A stretch of DNA of 64,000 bases from Octopus sinensis (taxonomy: Eukaryota). The stretch covers positions 39,928,001-39,992,000 of the forward strand of contig NC_043002.1 of NCBI RefSeq assembly GCF_006345805.1, read 5' to 3'. Under the pieces are notes generated by a model. The model saw nothing but the letters and a program-made list of their open reading frames with translations, was not told the DNA's origin and made no database searches. Positions 28,183-39,977 of this stretch are shown one piece after another (the first letter of the stretch is position 1; the number at the start of each line of letters is the position of its first letter). The translations under genes were made by a program, and so were the position numbers.

Positions 28183-28811
28183 TGAACGAAGTAGCAAGCG
28201 CTACCGAATTTCTGTCCAGTATTCTCAGGACCCACTCCATATGTACGGAGAAAACAGATTTATTCAAATGTTACCTACAGTCCCTTCTTCTGAGTCACTA
28301 TAGAGATCATTGGTTCCCGGAGAAACCCAACAAAGGCAGTGGCTACCGATGCCTCCGGATGAATCACAAAATGGATCCTCTGATTAAAGTAGCTGGCGAG
28401 AGGTGCGGATTTACAGAGGAAGAAATCTTCACATTCTTCCCTCGTGAATTGACTGTGTGGATAGATCCACTGGACGTTTCTTATAGAATCGGTGAAAACG
28501 GCAGCATAGGAATACTTTACCGGGGCACAAGTTCCAGTAGTTTGGAGTCTTGTAGCACGCCCGGCAACAACACTACGTACACTTCTAACTTCTCTTCCTC
28601 CATCTCCAACAGTTCCATCATCACACCGAGACCAAACAATAACACCAACAACAACAACACCACTACCAATCTCACCATCTCCTCACCATCAACATCTCAG
28701 TCAGAGTCTAAAGGGACTGCCCTACTTTCCTCTTGTAAGGATCAATTTATCAATTCCTTACCCATTACCGGAGATTCAATGAAACACTTGGCCACTTGTG
28801 TATTTAGTTAA
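28179..28811 (+). CDS. BTG1: BTG1/BTG2-like antiproliferative protein (BTG/Tob family), 210 aa, intronless CDS
   Basis: Box A HYRDHWFPEKPNKGSGYRCLRMN, Box B FPRELTVWIDPLDVSYRIGE, Box C-like NGSIGILY, and C-terminal SCKDQ...VFS resembling BTG1/2. No PAM2 motif seen, so not Tob. The ORF track starts at TTG 28140, but the first in-frame ATG is 28179. Confidence 0.95.
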   Translation: MMNEVASATEFLSSILRTHSICTEKTDLFKCYLQSLLLSHYRDHWFPEKPNKGSGYRCLRMNHKMDPLIKVAGERCGFTEEEIFTFFPRELTVWIDPLDVSYRIGENGSIGILYRGTSSSSLESCSTPGNNTTYTSNFSSSISNSSIITPRPNNNTNNNNTTTNLTISSPSTSQSESKGTALLSSCKDQFINSLPITGDSMKHLATCVFS

Positions 28812-29506
28812 ATCTCCTTCCATAAAAGAAAAAAAAAATATTTTTTTTAAAAGAAAGCTGGAAGAAAAAACTACTTCCTAACTTTTTTTAGAAAAAAAAA
28901 ATTTACCAACAAAAAAAAAAAAATTTACATTTGTACATACGACGGATCTCTTGACTTGTTTTCGTTTCACGGACTCTGAATTAATTGGATGATGGTTATT
29001 TCAAGCTTTTGAGATATATAATAATCTATTATATTAAGGAAAAAGACTCCCATTTATAGATTGAAAAAAAGAGTAATTTTGTAGTAAAATGAAAAGCAAC
29101 AAAAAATATTTTGGCCATCTTGGTATTGGGGAACAAAAAAGAAACTCTTCTCGACACTGGTGGGGGGTAAAAGAAAACTTTCAACATTTTTACCTCAAGA
29201 GATTTTTTTTTTTCCTCCCTCAGTGTAAACATCGAAAGGGTAGTAATATTAAGTTGTTTTTTTTTTTCAAGGTGCTCGGTTGATCTACAACCGTATTCCC
29301 CTCCCCTCAAAATTCTGTTCCCCCACCCCCTCTCAAAACTTCAATCCATTGATAAATTTTTTTCAAAAAGTCTTTCATGAAATCATCCTGACCTCTGCAT
29401 TCAATTTAGTCTTTTTAAAATGTCTGTACGAGATGCCAATTGCAGAAACTTTTATTTTATATAATTTTTTTTTTAGTAAAAATGAAAAAACAAAAAAGAG
29501 AATTGC

Positions 29507-29512
29507 AATAAA
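29507..29512 (+). terminator. Candidate polyadenylation signal AATAAA of the BTG gene
   Basis: First canonical hexamer I found after the stop codon, followed by U/GU-rich sequence. Confidence 0.5.
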
Positions 29513-30911
29513 ATTGTAATGAATTTATTTAAAATGTTTCTTTTTAATTTATATTTTTGTTTGGGAGATTTATATATTTCCAATTGTGGTTAGATTTAAT
29601 ACCTAACTTTAAACTTGACCACCTTTTTTTTTTTTTTTGGTTAAATTAATGATAGGTAGAACTAAATTGTCACTTTCTCTTGTTAATAACCATCAATATG
29701 GTATGTATATACTTTTTTTTTATCACCTTTTTCTTTGTCTTACTAAACTGATATATGTTTTACTAAAGAAAACAAACATCTCTCGTAATGGTTGGACAGT
29801 TTCGCTATTTCAATCACTTCAAACAATGAAACTTACGATTTCTTCATTTTTGCCTGAAGAATGGTTAAGTCATCTAAAAATTCCCGACTTCGATCAATCA
29901 GACCAGAAAACCGTTTCCCATACATTCATTTCCCATTCCCTGTATAGAAATATACTTAAAATTATAGGGGTTTTTCCATACTCCCGTCACTATACAGAAA
30001 TCAATATTTGTCTTTGAGTGCGCGTACAAAGTTAAATATTTCCCCCCATTTCCTGCAGATGGAATGAATACCATTGAGATATTTTCTTGGCTTCCCCTCG
30101 TAATAATAGCAGCAGCGTCAGGATAGATGACTAAATATCGAAATATGACAATCGACCGTGGTTGCTATGTAATATAAAGGAGCCACTTCCTCTCCCCTAT
30201 CAAGCAAGGAATAATAACACCTATTTTTAGATCTCTCTCTCTCTTTGCTACTATTTACTCACTTAGTCACAATATATATAGATAATACACATATAGTAAC
30301 TGATTAATTAGTCTAATAGTGTACAATTTTTTTTTATTTGGTTGGTTATTTTAATACTCCATTTCATAAAGAGCAATTTCGAGAAAATTTGAGGTGGAAA
30401 AAAAAAAGCCCAGTGTCCTCTCATGCCATTTGAACTGGCGACGGCGAAATCGATCGTCTTAAACTATTTATTGAAGCTTTTTATTATTGAATGTCAAAAA
30501 GTTAATTTTTAATGGTGATACGTAACTTATTTTTGGAAGCTAATTTGTACGCACAGTCTTTTGACTTTTTATTTTTCTAATTCATCGGTACGCTAAATAA
30601 TTAGATAAACTTTGGAATTTTGCTTTGAGATGCCACTATTCTGACTACCGATAACTTTTCTGATCTAGCATCGGAAGTTATAAACTCAATAAAAAGTTGA
30701 TTAACGCAATCTGTTTTCTATGGAGCCAAAAAATAGCAATCAGTTAGTTTAGATTTCGTAATTATTGGCGGGATCATCTGTCCGTTTATCTTTTCCCTCC
30801 TTCGCTTGAAGCCTCCTGGTAAACAAAAGTCCGCCTTTTATTTTACTGGTAATTCATTAGATGTATACAAACTCTCATGCATACACACACACACACAGGT
30901 ACCGTATACAA

Positions 30912-30962
<51 letters not shown>

Positions 30963-33900
30963 TGACTGACTGGAAGTGTATGTAACAGTTTGGCTGTCAT
31001 CGTGGTGGTGGGGGCGACGTCCTCTGCCGCCGCCGTCTCTATTGTGGAAACTTGGCCAACAACTACTAAACAGGAGATTAACAGATGTTTACAAACACAA
31101 AGGAAATGTCAATAGTACCATGGAATAGTTAGGGTTTATTTGTTTATTTATTTAATTTTGGTACTTTTAATTTTGTTTCGTCAATGAAATTGGTTGATGC
31201 CGAGCTGAAAAAACGTATTTAAAGATTTTGCGCAAAATGGATTATTTTGGTTATTTTGCTATGCAAAGTTTTAATTTGAATCCTTTCTTTCAGGTCTACA
31301 GTATTGTGTGGAAGATATAATTATGGGTATTTTACCTAATTATGTACTGACAATTAACCCAATATTCTTACTGTGATGCATTATGATTTTAGTCATTTTG
31401 AAATTGTTTGAAAGTTTTCTTAGACACCTAGTCGCCGACTTTTAACTGTTTAGCGTGCTAATTAATCATATTGCTTTCGCCCACTAATTACCCTATCCGA
31501 ATTAGTCTCTCAAGATTCACCCGGTTTAATATAAACGAATTCAACACATGTAAAACTAGTTTTATTTCGTCACCTGATGTTTATTTATAACGGATCTTAA
31601 TGTGTACGTGGCTAGAATTTTTTTTTTCTCGAATCTGAATTGCCATCTAAATTGAGAAAATGGAATCGTGTATTTTTAGTCACATCGTGAAGTCGGGTTC
31701 CATGAATTAAAACTGATGGCTTTATCTCCTACCTTGAATTCGTAGGTTGTTCAAGTGAAATACTTCAATTTCATCTTCAGTAGCTCTACATTTTAATTAG
31801 TAATTTGAATTGACAATCTGGCTGACTTGACAACATATTGCTTTTCTGTGGGTATAGCATTAACAAAGCGGCCTTCTTTCGCATCATGGTCTTGCCGGAG
31901 GCACTTTAATTATTGATCTATTATTCGTATATTGGCTTAATTGGAATTTTGGAGAGTTAAGCGTAAAAATTAGGGTTTTTTTAATTTTATTTTATTTTTA
32001 AGACGTCGCAAATTAGAATTTACTGATAGTCTAGGGTTAATTTTAACCAACGATGATAGTGCTTGGACACAAGCAGCATTTTATATTTATTGCTTAAAAT
32101 ATATTTTCTCTCCTGAACATTTAATGTAAGAAGTAATTTTTCTTTGACAATACTAAATCAAGTGAATTTACAAAAAGGTTTTTTTTAATACAGATTAGAA
32201 AATTAGCATTAAATCTCTCGGTTCTTAGCTCAGTGATTACCGATTATTAATTACATTAAAAGGCAGAGGATTTCCATCATACACACTAATTTCTACGAGA
32301 ATTCCGGTAGTTTTTCTTTCGTATTCTAATTACCTACAAATTGGAGATTACCATCTTATTGCATCTGGCTGCTATTGGTCTATATTCGTTCATAAAATGA
32401 GGAAAATACAATTTGGATTGCATTGTTTTCATGGAAAAAAAATTGCCCGCTGCAGGGCTTTGTTTTTAATTGATAAATGCCAAGATCCAAAACAGCTGCT
32501 TCAGCTGAGCTGGCAAGATTATGAAAGGAACAAAAAAAAAAGTGCAGTCACATCATTACTTGACCTAGCAGAAACAGCCAAATCTCCATCTCAGCCCATT
32601 GTTTAAAAAAAAAAAAAAATCAAAGTTAGCTTGGAATCTTAGCTACAACAACAATAACATTTTAGCTTGTGTAATTAATTACTGGAAGTTCATTTCTTTT
32701 GTAACCAGAAATTTTCAACTTGGAAAACTGAAGCTTAGACAAATGATCCACTAAAATTGGCATTGGCCACACAACAAATTTATTTGCAAAATAGATGAAA
32801 TGAATTGAATTAACTTTGTTGTATATATACATACTTGAAACTTATTTTACCAGGTATGTCACAGTAGTTTGAAACCAAATATTCCTTGAATACTATCCTA
32901 CCATCTTAGAAAAGGCTCATGTGAAAGTAAGCTTGATTCCTGGTTCAGTCATTTCATTTTCCTGGTTTTCTTTCTACAGTTTCCAACTAAGTCAAAAGAA
33001 GGGCTCTCACATTATCCTGACATATTTTGAGATTATATATTTCATTTTATACTGAGAAGAAACTGAAATTTATTTTTTATAATTCTTTTTTTTAGGTCTC
33101 TTGTCCAAGATTTGATCTTGGTGTTGTAAACTACCAAAGCTACTTGGTCACTTTCAAGTTGAATTTTCATTTTTTACTCTTTAATTTGTACCCTTCTCCC
33201 TTTACTGACTGGATTTGGATTCAATGTGGAGAAAGGACAAAACTAAATATTGCAAGGTATTAAAAGTTAGATTTTTACTTTTCTACTAACATGCAGTATT
33301 AACTGAATTAAGTATCAGTCTTTTGACTACACTGTCCTGAGAGAAAGCATTGAATTTCTCTAACTTCCATTTTAATTTAGCATTTTTAGAGCAGAATTGG
33401 GTGGGGGATGAAACTGGTTAAATGCAAAGTAATTTGAAAGTGATTGAGTAGCTTGATTGGTTTACTTTGTACTAGGATCAATTTTTGGTGAAGAAGACTT
33501 ATGAAAAATTTTAATTTCTTTCAGTATAAAATATTTTCTCCTATAGCCTGAAAATGTGTCAGCTAGTAGAATGTGACTTCCTAAATATTGACTGGAAGTT
33601 GAAGAAAGATCAACAAAACAAAATTGACTTGGGATTAAAACTCCCATTTTTAACCTAAATAGGCTGCAGTTTGAAGTGACTGTAGAAGCTTCAGTCAGCA
33701 GTGTGATTTAACAAAGGCTGTCACTGCACACCCAAAAGGTTTCAACTATAATATACTGTATAGCTTGTGATAGGATTGCTAATATGGGTAGAGGCTACTC
33801 CTCACTTTACAAAGAACATCATAATTTATTGCATTCACACAATTTCACAAATATAATTCTAGAATTTTTATTTTCTGAATTATCGAACAAAGCAAGAAAA

Positions 33901-34154
33901 GTCATATGTTGCTGTTTTATCCTTACATATAAAGAAGGCTGTTTGTCAGGAAAGAACTTAAAACTGAAAAGAGTTGATTCTGTTCACTTGATGTACATCA
34001 GAAAGTTGCAAACCTATCATAAGAAGCAGTGTGGCAAACAGCATAATGCATCCAGAAAAATGTCAGTAAAACTGATAGTAACAACTAGGATAAAAACAAT
34101 GTCCCAGGTACACAAAATACATTTAAAAAATACTGCACAAGAAAAAATAAACTG

Positions 34155-34530
34155 TAGGCATGGGTGTGTGGTAAGAAGCTTTCTTTCCTAACTACATGGT
34201 TCCAGGTTCAGTTTCACTGCTTGGCACCTTGGGCAGTCTTCAATAGCTTTGGCTGAATGAAGCCTTGAGTGGATTTGGTAGAAGAAAACTGAAAGAAGCC
34301 CATGATGTACATGTGTGTTTTTTTGTATTTGTCTCCCACTATTACTTGATAACTGGTGTTAGTGTATTTATATCTGCTGTAACTTAGCAGTTTAGCAAAT
34401 GAATACAATAGAAGTACCTGGTTTTTAAAAACAAAAAGTACTGGCATTGATTTGTTTGACTAAAAATGTTCTTCAAGGCAGTGCCCCAGCATGGCTACAA
34501 TCTACTGACGGAGACAAGTAAAAGATAAAA
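34155..34530 (+). mobile_element. SINE family A
   Basis: Head, core and tail match the family. Confidence 0.8.
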
Positions 34531-35689
34531 GTTGATGACAAATATCTAAATTCAAAACTAAAAGAATTAAAAAAAACTGGGATTGATTGATTTTTATATA
34601 GTGATGGTTCAGGAAATGTTCTTAGTACCAAAACACTGAAGACCCAGCTTTCCAGATCATACTCAAAGACTAGACAGAACCTGTCATACAATGTGACACA
34701 ACAATTCCACAATGTTGCTACTGCTTAAAACAGCAAGATATTCAGTTCATACCCCATATGGTACTTATTTTCAGTCAGGTGGACTGAGCCAATTTTAGAA
34801 TTAATTACTTAGTATACAGTGTTGTTGGTGGTGACAGGTTACAAACCACTGACCATTTAGCTGAGTGTCTTCTACACTATTCACTAAGCCCTCAATGCTC
34901 TCACAAGTGAGTGGAAATTAATGATATATTACTAAATACTTCTAGGAGAAACATGTAAGGACAATGGATGTTGCTTACTACTTAAAATGTATTTTAAGTT
35001 TGTCAGTCCTAGTTGAGTAGACCTTTAGTAAAAAATCATTCCAGCTATGACAATACCAGTTTTTTTTTATTTAATTTAATTTTTTTTTTTTTTTCATAAT
35101 TAATATAAGTAGGGCTATGCCAATCAAATGCATTTTTCCTTTTAGTGAGATAATAGCATGTGACTTGAGGGAAATTTGACTGCTATTTTCAGCATGGTGA
35201 GTGAACATGTACAGGCTCCTCGATTCATGGTGGTCTGTATTAGAGGAAAGTGAAAGACTTGAGAGAACCTGCTAGATTTCATCTTAAAACATTGAACTCT
35301 TAAATGAGATGACATGACATCCACACACATAGGGAGCTGATGATGTCTCAAGCCAGCCCTGATCAAGCAGTCGTATAGCTTGTAGACAACTGACAAACCA
35401 TAGATCCATTTTCTCATCCTGTACCATGTCTTTGTCCAGCTGACAGTTATAATATTTGATCAGAAATTCAATGATAAAAGGCAAAGACATAAGGGTGCAG
35501 TGTGACAGTATGAGTATAGCAAAGAAGCCTTTATGCAGGCTTGCAAGAAATTGATACCAAATCTCCCTCAAACACTTCTCTACCAATACTTATACTGGTA
35601 GGTCAGAGAATTTTGTCAGGATTTTCTACTTGGTATTCCATCATCATGTGTCTAAAAAGTGGTAAAATTCATTCAAATTTCAAAAATTT

Positions 35690-36028
35690 CAGGCAAGACT
35701 GCTTCCCAACAACCTGGTTCCAGGTTCAGTCCCATTGCATGGCACCTTAGGCAAGTGCCTTCTACTATAGCCTTGTGAGTCAATTTGGTAGATGGAAACT
35801 GAAAGAAGCCCATCATATATCAGTTTGTCTGTCCCCACTGTTTCACAACTGGTGTTGGAGTGCTTATATCCCCATAACTTAGCTTAGTGGTTCAGCAAAA
35901 GAACTGATAGAATAAGTACTAGGTTTAAGACAACAAAATCTGGGGTTGATTTGCTTGACTAAAACCCTTCAAGACACTGCCCCAATATGGTTGCAGTCAA
36001 ATAACTGAAACAAGTAAAAGATAAAAGA
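35690..36028 (+). mobile_element. SINE family A
   Basis: Core and tail match the family. Confidence 0.8.
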
Positions 36029-36562
36029 ACAGTTGTAGGGGAAGAATTGTGATGATAGGGAAAAAAACCCTGTGATAAAAAAACATTTGTTGTGCTAATT
36101 CAAACAACATTGGAACAGTTTAAAATACTTGAGAAAAAAATGAATAAATTAATCTGACAACCCAATATCATCATCATCATAATCATTTAAATATACACTT
36201 TTTCATGCTTGCATGGGTTGAATGGAGTTTATTGAGACAGATTTTCTATAGCTGGATGTTCTTCCTATCTTCAACCTTTACCTGTGTCCAAGAAATATTT
36301 CCCCATGATCAGACATATATTTTGCAAGATATTGAAATGTTTACAACTTTATGCGATGTCAAGACAGAGGAGACACCAACATGCATCTACATACACATAT
36401 ATATATTATACATATATATGTGTGTGTATATATATATATATATATATTACATGTATATATGTATATATATATATATTACATATATATTATATCTAATATA
36501 TATGTGTGTGTATATATATATATATATATTATACATATGTATATAATTATATATATATATAT

Positions 36563-36950
36563 ACTCTTTTACTTGTTTCAGTCATTTGACTGCGGCCATG
36601 CTGGAGCACCGCCTTTAATCAAGCAACTCGACCCCAGAACTTATTCTTTTGTAAGCCCAGTACTTATTCTATTGGTCTCTTTTGCCAAACCACTAAGTAA
36701 TGGGGACATAAACACACCAGCATCGGTTGTCAAGCAATGCTAGGGGGACAAACACAGACACATGCATACATATATATATATATATACGACAGGCTTCTTT
36801 CAGTTTCTGTCTACCAAATCCACTCACAAGGCTTTGGTCGGCCCGAGGCTATAGTAGAAGACACTTGCCCAAGGTGCCACATAGTGGGACTGAACCCGGA
36901 ACCATGTGGTCGGTAAACAAGCTACTTACCACACAGACACTCCTGCGCCT
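36563..36950 (-). mobile_element. SINE family A, young full-length copy
   Basis: CpG-retaining, near-consensus copy embedded in (TA)n. Confidence 0.9.
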
Positions 36951-36967
36951 ATATATATATATATATA

Positions 36968-37165
36968 ACGGAAGGTTTACGAAAATAAACAAAAGACGAA
37001 GGCAGGTGGAGTACAAACAAATAATGTATTAGTATGGCGCTCAGGAATAGAAATAAAACAAGTCTTTTACATTTCGAGCCTACACTCTTCGACAAAGATA
37101 CACAGAAAAGAAACAAGGAGAGAAAAAAATTGCGTGTAGGGGCTAGCGATCCAACATGGCGTTCC
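36968..37165 (-). mobile_element. (TA)n-embedded short repeat, family D (hammerhead-like motif, Penelope-like)
   Basis: Homologous to 38700-38850 and 62190-62350. Confidence 0.65.
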
Positions 37166-37208
37166 ATATATATATATAATATCATATATATATATATAAT
37201 ATATATGA

Positions 37209-37297
37209 GTAAATATAATATGTGACAAATATTCAGTAGCCATGCTAAAACTCCGAGTTTTATCATGGCTACCGAATAATTGCCACATATATTTACA
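37209..37297. repeat. Near-perfect palindrome (36-bp arms, 4 mismatches)
   Basis: 37218-37253 versus 37255-37290. Confidence 0.9.
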
Positions 37298-37548
37298 TAT
37301 AAATTCCTCTATTTACATAATATTGAGGTCTCTTTCATTCATTTGTCATCATGTCATTTCTATCAATGTATAATATATATTATATATATTTCTAAACTTC
37401 GGTGTGTGGTGAAGCAAATCTTTGCTGAACCCTTTTTATTAGTATTACTTAAACTTACCGTGAAATGGTCCTTTTTTCATACCGAATTCTACTTGGTGAA
37501 ATTATTAATTACTTCTTAATTAATTAATTTTACCCTTTGTTATTAGCG

Positions 37549-37594
<46 letters not shown>

Positions 37595-37647
37595 TAGATA
37601 GATAGATTGGAAGAAAGACGGACAGACATCCATACATCTACATTACA

Positions 37648-37689
<42 letters not shown>

Positions 37690-38699
37690 GATGTGTATAT
37701 ATACATATATGTATATAGATACTGTTATGTATATATATGTGGATGTGTGTATATATATATATATTTATATGTATACATACATAGATACATATACAATGGG
37801 CTTCTTTCGGTTTCTGTCTACCAAACCCGTACACAAAGCTTTGATTGTCTTAAGGCTATAAGTAGCAGGTCCTTGCCCAACATGGCACACAATGGAAATG
37901 AACCCAAGACCATATGGCTAGGTTGGGAATTACACTTCTTAACCACACAGTCATGTCTGTGCTTATATATACACAGGGGACAATTAATACTGCCAGAAAA
38001 GAAGACAGAATGCTCATAGCTAGAAGACTGGTATAACAATATGTATTTGACACAGAAATATTTATCACATGTATTATAAACATTGCCAAAGAACAACTGG
38101 TTATGAATCGAAATGGAGATAAAATACAATAAATACACCCAAAATGGTCTTTTACAAAATATTCCCACAAGCAACATTTGAAAATAATCCAGAAAATATA
38201 CAATGGTAGGGGAAATTGTCAGTGAAACTGGTAATAACAACAACAATAATAATGATGATGATGATGATAATAATAATAATAATGCTTTATGTTTCATTAG
38301 AATACATTTAAAAATAAACACTTTGCACATAAAAAATAAACCGCGTAAACAAAAGGCATCAAAAGCTCCATGGGATTAAATGATTTTATCATTTAGGCCA
38401 CCCCGCCTTGACAGTCATGTGGTTGATGATTCAGGAAATAGTCTTATTATCAGAACACCAAATACACAGCATTCCTGATCAAGACTAGACAGACTACTTT
38501 TTACATTGTGGAGGTTAGTTTTATTATATATATATATAAAAACTAGCATTCAGAATGTAGGTGTCACAAATGACATTTGTAAGCCTATAGGAAATGAGAT
38601 TACATTAAAAATGCAGGTCTTCAAAATAAAAAACTAGCAAAACTAAATACATTATTATGATGAACATGTATGTATCTGCACATTGGACCACTGAACTCA

Positions 38700-38850
38700 A
38701 CAAATTTTTTTCATTCTCTCTCTATTTCCTCTTATACCTTTCTGTCAAAGAGCATAGGCTCAAAATGTAAAAGACTTTTCCATTTTTCCCGTGCATCAAA
38801 CTAATGCACTTTCCTCATCTTTGTTTTTTTTCTATAAATTTTAACTATGT
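38700..38850 (+). mobile_element. Family D repeat (CpG-decayed hammerhead-like motif)
   Basis: CCTTTCTGTCAAAGAGCATAGGCTCAAAATGTAAAAGAC. Confidence 0.65.
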
Positions 38851-38994
38851 ATATATATATGAGTGGACAAATGAAAGAAAGGGCACTCAACATATTTATT
38901 GGGAGTTACATGTATTATTCAAAACAGTTTGATTTGGATTAAGTGCTACTTCAAGGTTTGAAGCCCCTGACAGAGTCTCTCCTCGGGCCGGTGA

Positions 38995-39108
38995 GATGCT
39001 ATCAACATAATGATTGGTCTGGCTGAAGCCAAAACTATTCAAGACTCTGAGGTACGAAAATCTGCTTTAAATGTCATCATAAATTGTGTCTGGGGACCAA
39101 TGGAAAGG
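38995..39108 (+). pseudogene. DCAF1: Orphan DCAF1/VprBP-like exon fragment
   Basis: DAINIMIGLAEAKTIQDSEVRKSALNVIINCVWGPMER resembles recalled DCAF1 sequence GISIILGVAEGEFFIHDAEIQKSALQIIINCVCGP. Ends at a GTAAAT donor and is preceded by an in-frame TGA. Confidence 0.6.
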
Positions 39109-39139
39109 GTAAATGTAATATTCTAATTACCGACTTACT

Positions 39140-39460
39140 GACACTTGTGCTGGTGGGATGTGAACAAAACATTCGAGCAAGGTTGTTGCCAGTGCCGCTG
39201 GACTGACTCCTGTGCAGGTGGCACATAAAAAACACCAATTGAGTGTGGCCATTGCCAGTACCTCCTGACTGGCCCTCGTGCTGGTGGCACGTAAAAGCAC
39301 CCACTACACTCTCAGAGTGGTTGGCATTAGGAAGGGCATCCAGCTATAGAAACTCTGCCAGATCAGATTGAAGCCTGGTGCAGCCATCTGGTTCACCAGT
39401 CCTCAGTCAAATCATCCAACCCATACTAGCATGGAAAGCAGACGTTAAATGATGATGATA
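39140..39460 (+). mobile_element. Family C (RTE-tailed) repeat
   Basis: GGTGGCACGTAAAAGCACC repeats and a (GAT)n tail. Confidence 0.8.
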
Positions 39461-39600
39461 TATATTATTTTAGAGTAAAAATAAAAACCAAAGCAGAATG
39501 AGTATCTCAGGTCATATAGAATAATTTAATTAGGGTAAGGTAAATGACCTGAGATACTCATTCTGCTTTGGTTTTAATTCTTCCTCTAATATAATATATA
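39461..39600. repeat. Long hairpin: perfect 32-bp arms, imperfectly extendable to ~55 bp
   Basis: 39484-39515 versus 39544-39575. Confidence 0.9.
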
Positions 39601-39739
39601 CATGTTATAACAGAACCCTAACATGGATTCTTAGATCCAACTTTAGTACCTACCCAGTGTACCTATTCGCTTAGATCACAAATGAACTAAACCTCTCATA
39701 TTCTTTATATATATGTGTGTGTGTGTGTATATATATATA

Positions 39740-39965
39740 TATTTCTTTATTGCCCACTGGGAGCTAAACATAGAGGGGACGAAGAAGGACAGACAAAAGG
39801 ATTAAGTTGATTACATCAATTCCTGTGCATAACTGGTACCTATTTAACCAACTCTGAAAGGATAAAAGGCTAAGTTGACCTCAGCGGAATTTTGAATGTA
39901 GTGGCAGACAAAATACCACTAAACATTTTCCCAGCGTACTAATGATTCTGCCAGCTTGTCACCTA
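39740..39965 (-). mobile_element. SINE family B
   Basis: Reverse complement of family B. Confidence 0.8.
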
Positions 39966-39977
39966 TATATATATATA

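Noticed and set aside
32050-32118. C/D snoRNA-like ATGATA...CTGA
   Set aside because: Imperfect C box, no terminal stem and no recognisable rRNA guide.
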